From assembly GCA_026387835.1 (NCBI GenBank), contig JAPLKZ010000010.1:296379-328378 (forward strand): a stretch of DNA of 32,000 nt, given 5' to 3'. Of this stretch, positions 25,538 to 32,000 are shown in pieces. Each line of letters starts with the position of its first letter. Positions within the stretch are counted from its first letter, which is position 1. The position numbers and the translations under genes are program-made. The DNA is from Candidatus Saganbacteria bacterium (GTDB lineage: Bacteria > Margulisbacteria > WOR-1 > JAKLHX01). The notes under the pieces were generated by a model, which worked only from the letters and a program-made list of their open reading frames with translations, did not search any database and was not told the DNA's origin.

Positions 25538-26224
25538 ATGAAAAAAGTATTGTTTGCAGCGCTTGCCGTTTCTTTTATTATCATTGGCCTTTCCGCTGTA
25601 TCCCAGGCCGCCACACCTGGCAGTGTTGCCGTCCCGGTGGGGGAAAGCATGTCAAAAGCTACTCTTGTCACGCAGGTAGATCTCCCCGCATTAATGAACA
25701 GAAAAACGTACAGGCTTGGGGTAAGGGGCGGGCTTATATCTGTTTCAGACACGACAAACATTCAAGCCGAGGGTACCGCTACATTCGGTTTTGATTTTGA
25801 CGCGAAGCTTAATGAAAACCTCGATACGGGCCCGAGATTCACTTACATCTGGAAACGTTATAACAACGGGACCACCGTCAACGGGAGCTACGGCATAATG
25901 GCTTTCGGTTACGGGGCAAGAATATATGTCACCTATTGGGGCGATTACGGAAGCACTCACGGGTATTTGAATGCTTACCTGACGGGCGATATTAACTACT
26001 GCGCCGCAAACAGATTGACGGACAGTCGGACGGGTGGTTCTCCGTCCTCATTTTCCGGATTCGCGGCCAATGCCGGGGCCGGAATAGAGGCGGCATTCGG
26101 ACCAAACACGACGGGTTTTGTCGAATTAAAATATCAGAAGAGCGGGCTTCGGGATTCTAATAATGTAGAACTTCCGCTCGACGGATTTGTGTTTAACCTT
26201 GGGACAAGGCTGGCATTCTTTTAG
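25538..26224 (+). CDS. Putative outer-membrane beta-barrel protein, paralog 2
   Basis: Signal peptide MKKVLFAALAVSFIIIGLSAVSQA; shares LPAL(L/M)(T/N)RK.YRLG(I/V)R.GL, FGFDFD.KLN(K/E)NLD.GPR.TY and SPSSFSGF.ANAG.G.EAAF with paralog 1; ends LAFF*. Confidence 0.72.
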   Translation: MKKVLFAALAVSFIIIGLSAVSQAATPGSVAVPVGESMSKATLVTQVDLPALMNRKTYRLGVRGGLISVSDTTNIQAEGTATFGFDFDAKLNENLDTGPRFTYIWKRYNNGTTVNGSYGIMAFGYGARIYVTYWGDYGSTHGYLNAYLTGDINYCAANRLTDSRTGGSPSSFSGFAANAGAGIEAAFGPNTTGFVELKYQKSGLRDSNNVELPLDGFVFNLGTRLAFF

Positions 26225-26248
26225 AAATTGATTTAAAAGGAGAGGATT

Positions 26249-26404
26249 ATGAATAGACGCGTGTTTTGGGGATCATTGGTGATCTTGATCGGCATTATTC
26301 TGCTTCTTGAGGCTGCGGGAATTGTCACAGGGAATATCTGGAGATATTTCTGGGCGGTATTATTGGTCCTTATCGGAATAGGAATACTGGTACCTGAAAA
26401 ATAG
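26249..26404 (+). CDS. Small membrane protein (51 aa), LiaI/DUF5668-like TM repeats
   Basis: MNRRVFWGSLVILIGIILLLEAAGIVTGNIWRYFWAVLLVLIGIGILVPEK*, RBS AAAGGAGAGG. Below the track's length cut-off. Confidence 0.7.
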   Translation: MNRRVFWGSLVILIGIILLLEAAGIVTGNIWRYFWAVLLVLIGIGILVPEK

Positions 26405-26407
26405 TGT

Positions 26408-27649
26408 TCACCGGACTGCTGTTGCCCTTCTGAAGAACAAAAAGAGTGCCGGTAAAAAACTTATTACGGCTCCTATCAGAAGCGTGTGCGGGGCACCTAT
26501 GAAATGCGCCAATGCTCCCGCCTGAAATGCCCCTATCGGCATCAGCCCCATAAAGGACATCGAATAAAAGCCCATAATACGCCCGCGCAATTCATCCGTG
26601 ACCGTGTACTGCAGAAACGTGTTGACCGATATGGCCTGTGTCACTATATTAAACCCCAATATCAGCAGCGCCGCGCATGAAAGAAGGTAGTTCCTTGAAA
26701 ACGAGAACAGCACGGCCGCCAGCGCCATCATCGTCGTGCTTACGATTATCGTCCTGGTAAAATCTTTTTTTGCCCCGAACTGTGCAAGAAAGAAAGCCCC
26801 GAGCAACGCACCAACCCCTGAAAATGACATCAGGACCCCAAGTCCTTGCGCCCCTACATTTAGTATGTCTTTTGCAAATACGGGCATAAGCACGGCATAA
26901 GGCATTATGAACAATGACGTGAACGCCATGAGCACCAGCGAGAGCAGCACTTTCCTGTTTTGCAGCACATATTTTACTGAATCCATGAACGCTTCTCCAA
27001 AGTTCGCCTTTTGCATGGTTTTTACTTTGAATATACCTTTTATCATAAGCAGGCTTACTATAACTGCCAGGAACGAGACTGCGTTAAGATAAAAACAAAG
27101 TCCGACGCCGAAAGCTCCGATCAGATATCCCGCAACAGCCGGACCGATCACCCTTGCACTGTTGAAGGAAAGTGAATTGAGCGCTATTGCATTTGAAAAA
27201 TGATTGCGTTCCACAAGGTTCACTACGAACGCCTGCCTTACCGGAGAATCGACAGCGTTGGCCAATCCAAATACAAGCGCCAAAAGACATAGATTAAAAT
27301 AGTTGATCTGCCCGGTGGATATCAAAAGTCCTATCAAGAAAGAAGCAATGGCAAATACTATCTGTGTGGCAAGGAGCAGTTTTCGCCTGTCCATGCGGTC
27401 CGCCATGAACCCGCCCAGCGGGGACAAAAGAAGCACCGGGATGCCCGCGATAAAGTCCACCAGCCCCAGAAGGAACTTTGAATTTGTTATGTCATATGCA
27501 AGCCACCCTTGCGCTATCATCATCATCCAAAGACCCACAAGAGAGACGAACTGGCCGATCCAGAAAATGCGGTAATTCTTGAACCGCAGCGCATGGAACG
27601 CTTGCGGCAGTCTTTCCCAGATATCTTGAGCTGCTTTATTATTTGCCAT
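26408..27649 (-). CDS. MFS transporter (EntS-like)
   Basis: ALRFKNYRIFWIGQFVSLVGLWMMMIAQGWLAYDIT, PLGGFMADRMDRRKLLLATQ, DSPVRQAFVVNLV, NAIALNSLSFNSARVIGPAVAGYLI, DELRGRIMGFYSMSFMGLMPIGAFQAG. Confidence 0.92.
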   Translation of the reverse strand: MANNKAAQDIWERLPQAFHALRFKNYRIFWIGQFVSLVGLWMMMIAQGWLAYDITNSKFLLGLVDFIAGIPVLLLSPLGGFMADRMDRRKLLLATQIVFAIASFLIGLLISTGQINYFNLCLLALVFGLANAVDSPVRQAFVVNLVERNHFSNAIALNSLSFNSARVIGPAVAGYLIGAFGVGLCFYLNAVSFLAVIVSLLMIKGIFKVKTMQKANFGEAFMDSVKYVLQNRKVLLSLVLMAFTSLFIMPYAVLMPVFAKDILNVGAQGLGVLMSFSGVGALLGAFFLAQFGAKKDFTRTIIVSTTMMALAAVLFSFSRNYLLSCAALLILGFNIVTQAISVNTFLQYTVTDELRGRIMGFYSMSFMGLMPIGAFQAGALAHFIGAPHTLLIGAVISFLPALFLFFRRATAVR

Positions 27650-27723
27650 ATTTATATAATAACTTTGATGGATCGCGAGAAATTGCTTGTTTTGACGTTA
27701 GAGCACGGATGTTCTTTAATCAG

Positions 27724-28235
27724 TTAAAAGTTAAAGAACTTTGTCCCCGAAGAGGTCCCCGGATTTTCCTGCTTTCTTAACGGCTTGACGCTGGGCATTG
27801 CCTGCTTCGGCAATATAGGATTAAACGCTGCGGCGGATGGTCTTTTCTGCTGGGGCTCTTTTTGCATTTCATCCCGCATTTTCTGGAAGTTTAGCACCAC
27901 TTTATCCGCGCTCTCGGTCGAAATTCCGCTTTTTTTATCCGCAAAATAGATTATGTCGGTGTCCCTCACCGGTCCGTAGACCTTTATCCCGACTCCGTCG
28001 CCCTTTTCGCCTTGAGGACGCGGCTGTGTTCTATCTGGATGGATTCGACGGTCTGGACCATGTCCGTTGTGTGCCCTTTTATATGTATTATATCCCCGAC
28101 CTTTAACGGCCTCTTAAGTGTTGTTGTTACTACATGGAGCTTGTCAAAGTAATGCTCGGCGCTGCCGATGACTTTTTCTTTTGGCTTGGACGCCTTCCTG
28201 GATGCCGTTTTTTTCGCTTTCTTTTTTAATACCAT
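27724..28235 (-). pseudogene. EF-Tu domain 2-like small protein with an apparent 1-nt frame disruption near 27998-28001 and an unusual C-terminal extension
   Basis: Frame 1 (28235..27984): ...LKRPLKVGDIIHIKGHTTDMVQTVESIQIEHSRVLKAKRATESG*. The family-like continuation KKGDGVGIKVYGPVRDTDIIYFADKK... lies in the -1 frame of the same strand, ending at 27724. Confidence 0.65.
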
Positions 28236-28332
28236 AGAAATTTTCCTCCTTTTTATGTTTTGGCGAAATTATAGCATAATTTTTCACCAAAAGTATTTAA
28301 TGGTATATCGTCTTGCGTGATATACTAAAATC

Positions 28333-28968
28333 ATGACAACCTTGATACTTATGCGCCACGGCGAAACGGCCTCAAATGTGGAACAGATCTATCAGGGTCA
28401 AGGCGATGGAGAGCTTTCGAAGAATGGGATAGAACAAGCCGGGCATGCCGCCAATTTTCTTAAAAAGACCGGCATTTGCGCTGTATACTGCTCTGACCTT
28501 AAAAGATCTGTCGATACGGCAAGAATTATCGCCAAACCGCATGGGCTCAAGGTCAGGCCGCTTAAAGATCTGAGAGAAAGATTTTACGGGGAATGGGAAG
28601 GGTTGAAATATTTTGAGATAGAGAAAAAATATAAGGGCCTTTATAAACTGTGGCTTATCCATCCAAATAAAGCTGACATTCCAGGGGCTGAAAAACTAAA
28701 GGGGCTGCAAAAAAGGGGCGTAAGAGCGGTTGAAAAGATAGCAAGATCTCATAAAAATAAAACGGTTTTAATCGTAGGCCATGGGGGCATTAACCGCACC
28801 ATATTATTCCATTATTTAATGCTCGGCCTGGACAACTTCTGGCGTATTAGGCAGGAGAACTGCGGTATGAATATAATCAAGTTCGCGGCTCCCTATCCGA
28901 GGATCGTCCTGCTCAACAGCACTTCACATCTCGGTAAAGATCACATAAAAGAGAACACTTTATCATAA
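28333..28968 (+). CDS. Histidine phosphatase / phosphoglycerate mutase-like protein
   Basis: LILMRHGETASNVEQIYQGQGDGELSKNG, LRERFYGEWEGLKYFEIEKKY, VLIVGHGGINRTIL. Confidence 0.92.
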   Translation: MTTLILMRHGETASNVEQIYQGQGDGELSKNGIEQAGHAANFLKKTGICAVYCSDLKRSVDTARIIAKPHGLKVRPLKDLRERFYGEWEGLKYFEIEKKYKGLYKLWLIHPNKADIPGAEKLKGLQKRGVRAVEKIARSHKNKTVLIVGHGGINRTILFHYLMLGLDNFWRIRQENCGMNIIKFAAPYPRIVLLNSTSHLGKDHIKENTLS

Positions 28969-29032
28969 CCTTTCGGGCCCACAAACGCCTTTCTTTTTCT
29001 GATAAAATAGAAATTGGCGCGAATTTTATTGA

Positions 29033-30373
<1,341 letters not shown>

Positions 30374-30385
30374 AAGGAGGAAAAC

Positions 30386-32000
30386 ATGTCTGAAGCAAGT
30401 ATAGTTCTGCCGATTTTGAGGCCTCTTGAGATCCATCTGCTCTGGTTCGTTCTGGGTTCCGCGGTGATCGCTCTTTTGTACGGTATGTATATGGCGTGGA
30501 AAGTCCTCAGGGCCCCTCAGGGTTCTAAGGAAATGGTTGATGTGGCCAAAGCGATCCAGGAAGGATCCACGGCATATTTGGCCCGACAGTTCAAAGTAAT
30601 GGGCATATTTATCGCCCTCATAACTGTCGGCCTTTACTTTATGTACGTGCCTGTTTATCCGAACAACCCTTCGCTCCCGATCGGCATTGCGGTCGCATTT
30701 CTGCTGGGAGCCTGCGCTTCGGCAGGAGCGGGATTTGTGGGCATGAGCCTTGCCGTCCGCGCTAACGTGAGGGTGGCAAACGCCGCACTCACCAGTTTTA
30801 AAAAAGCCCTCGAAGTCGCTTTTCAGGCCGGCACTGTTTCAGGGATGTTCACGGTGGGTCTCGGTCTTTTGGGTGCGACAATAATATTCATGATATTCAA
30901 GCAGGACGCGATGAAAGTATTGGTCGGGTTCGGGTTCGGAGGATGCCTGGTCGCGCTTTTTATGAGGATAGGCGGCGGTATCTATACAAAAGCTGCTGAC
31001 GTCGGAGCTGACCTGGTCGGTAAAGTTGAAAAAAATATCCCCGAAGACGATCCCAGGAACGCAGCTGTCATCGCTGATAATGTAGGCGACAACGTCGGCG
31101 ACTGCGCCGGTATGGCCGCGGATGTTTTTGAAAGCTATGAAGTCACGTTGGTTGCCGCATTGATACTTGGTGCGGCGACTCTGGCTGACAAGGGCTTTCA
31201 GGCTCTCTTTGGCGGAATGGCCGCTCTTATGGCCCTTAAGCTTATAATGTATCCCCTGCTGGTCAGGGCCGTGGGCGTATTTGCATCGATCTTAGGGACC
31301 TGGTCAGTCAGAGGAAAAGATACTGAGGAGATCGGTGATCCGATGAAGCCCATCAATTTTGGTTTTTGGGTCGCTTCAATAACTTCTATCATCGGTTTTG
31401 TGGCTATCTGCTATCTATATCTGAATTATCCCGTCAAAGGCGCTGAATGGTGGAGGTTTGCACTGGCAACTTTTGTAGGTATAGTTCTGGCGGTCGTGAT
31501 AGAAAACCTGACCAATTACTTTACTCACACAGAAAATAATCCTATTAAGGAAACGGTTGAATCTGCCAAGACCGGCCCGGCAACACTGATACTGTCGGGT
31601 TTTGCGCTCGCTCAGGAATCTTCTGTTTGGTCCATTGTCGCTATCGCGGCAACGATCTTCGCATCAATGGCAATATTCGGCGGGAATTTGGCTCTATCCG
31701 CATACGGCGTTGCGCTGGCGGGCCTTGGGCTTTTGACAACGACGGGGTTCATTCTTGCTATGGACACCTACGGACCTATATCGGATAACGCTAACGGCAT
31801 ATTTGAAATGTCCGGAACTTACAGGGGCGAAGGCAGCAAAGCTGAAAAAATAGTCACCAAGCTGGATGCCGTAGGCAACACGACAAAAGCTCTTACAAAA
31901 GGTTTTGCTATCGCGACAGCGGTGATCGCTGCGATCGCACTGTTTCGGTCCTTTGTTGAAGAAGGAGGACTGCTTAAAACGGGTATCCAGCTGAATATGT
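30386..32000 (+). CDS. hppA: Membrane-bound (proton/ion-pumping) pyrophosphatase, N-terminal part; runs off the right edge
   Basis: MSEASIVLPILRPLEIHLLWFVLGSAVIALLYGMYM..., GGGIYTKAADVGADLVGKVEKNIPEDDPRNAAVIADNVGDNVGDCAGMAADVFESYEVT, DTYGPISDNANGIFEMS, DAVGNTTKALTKGFAIATA. Not in the ORF track. Confidence 0.96.
   Translation, partial: MSEASIVLPILRPLEIHLLWFVLGSAVIALLYGMYMAWKVLRAPQGSKEMVDVAKAIQEGSTAYLARQFKVMGIFIALITVGLYFMYVPVYPNNPSLPIGIAVAFLLGACASAGAGFVGMSLAVRANVRVANAALTSFKKALEVAFQAGTVSGMFTVGLGLLGATIIFMIFKQDAMKVLVGFGFGGCLVALFMRIGGGIYTKAADVGADLVGKVEKNIPEDDPRNAAVIADNVGDNVGDCAGMAADVFESYEVTLVAALILGAATLADKGFQALFGGMAALMALKLIMYPLLVRAVGVFASILGTWSVRGKDTEEIGDPMKPINFGFWVASITSIIGFVAICYLYLNYPVKGAEWWRFALATFVGIVLAVVIENLTNYFTHTENNPIKETVESAKTGPATLILSGFALAQESSVWSIVAIAATIFASMAIFGGNLALSAYGVALAGLGLLTTTGFILAMDTYGPISDNANGIFEMSGTYRGEGSKAEKIVTKLDAVGNTTKALTKGFAIATAVIAAIALFRSFVEEGGLLKTGIQLNM

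Noticed and set aside
27984-28020. Programmed -1 ribosomal frameshifting as the explanation for the EF-like gene
   Set aside because: The zero-frame codons (AAG GCG AAA AGG GCG) do not form a canonical X XXY YYZ heptamer, and slipping AAA back would face GAA. An indel or assembly error is more likely, so I did not claim recoding.

Overview
The window looks like an ordinary chromosomal stretch from a diderm, probably anaerobic or fermentative, uncultured-type bacterium. I infer this from outer-membrane-like barrels, flavodiiron/rubrerythrin/superoxide reductase genes and a membrane pyrophosphatase; I do not assign the lineage. Supported content: partial pyrB (minus, runs off the left edge); an ackA-nagB-GlmU-like operon; a GIY-YIG ORF next to an intact tRNA-Gln(TTG); a DUF167 protein and an Ogg2-like glycosylase; a redox/iron block (rubredoxin, ferritin, desulfoferrodoxin, rubrerythrin, flavodiiron protein, flavin reductase); a five-gene sugar-metabolism cluster on the minus strand; pfkA, a DUF1805 protein and an EamA transporter; a radical SAM protein and nadE, divergent; an acyl-CoA synthetase/ACP/PlsC operon; two tandem beta-barrel paralogs; an MFS transporter; a frame-disrupted EF-Tu-domain-like protein; a histidine phosphatase; enolase; and a partial membrane pyrophosphatase (right edge). 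The two strongest leads are: (1) a 20-bp direct repeat of the 5' end of tRNA-Gln flanking a single GIY-YIG nuclease ORF (repeat period 324 bp), which looks like a minimal tRNA-targeting insertion that regenerated the tRNA; and (2) a 37-nt, fixed-spacing motif, TGAAATTT[C/G]-N13-CGATA[G/A][A/G]-N4-TGT[A/G], in front of four of the five genes of the sugar cluster, on the coding strand. It resembles an alternative-sigma promoter or a shared regulatory element. I found no CRISPR array, rRNA, transposase or recognisable defence system. One ORF-track entry (4238..4459) is given on the wrong strand, and several real genes are missing from the track because they are short or run off the window edge.
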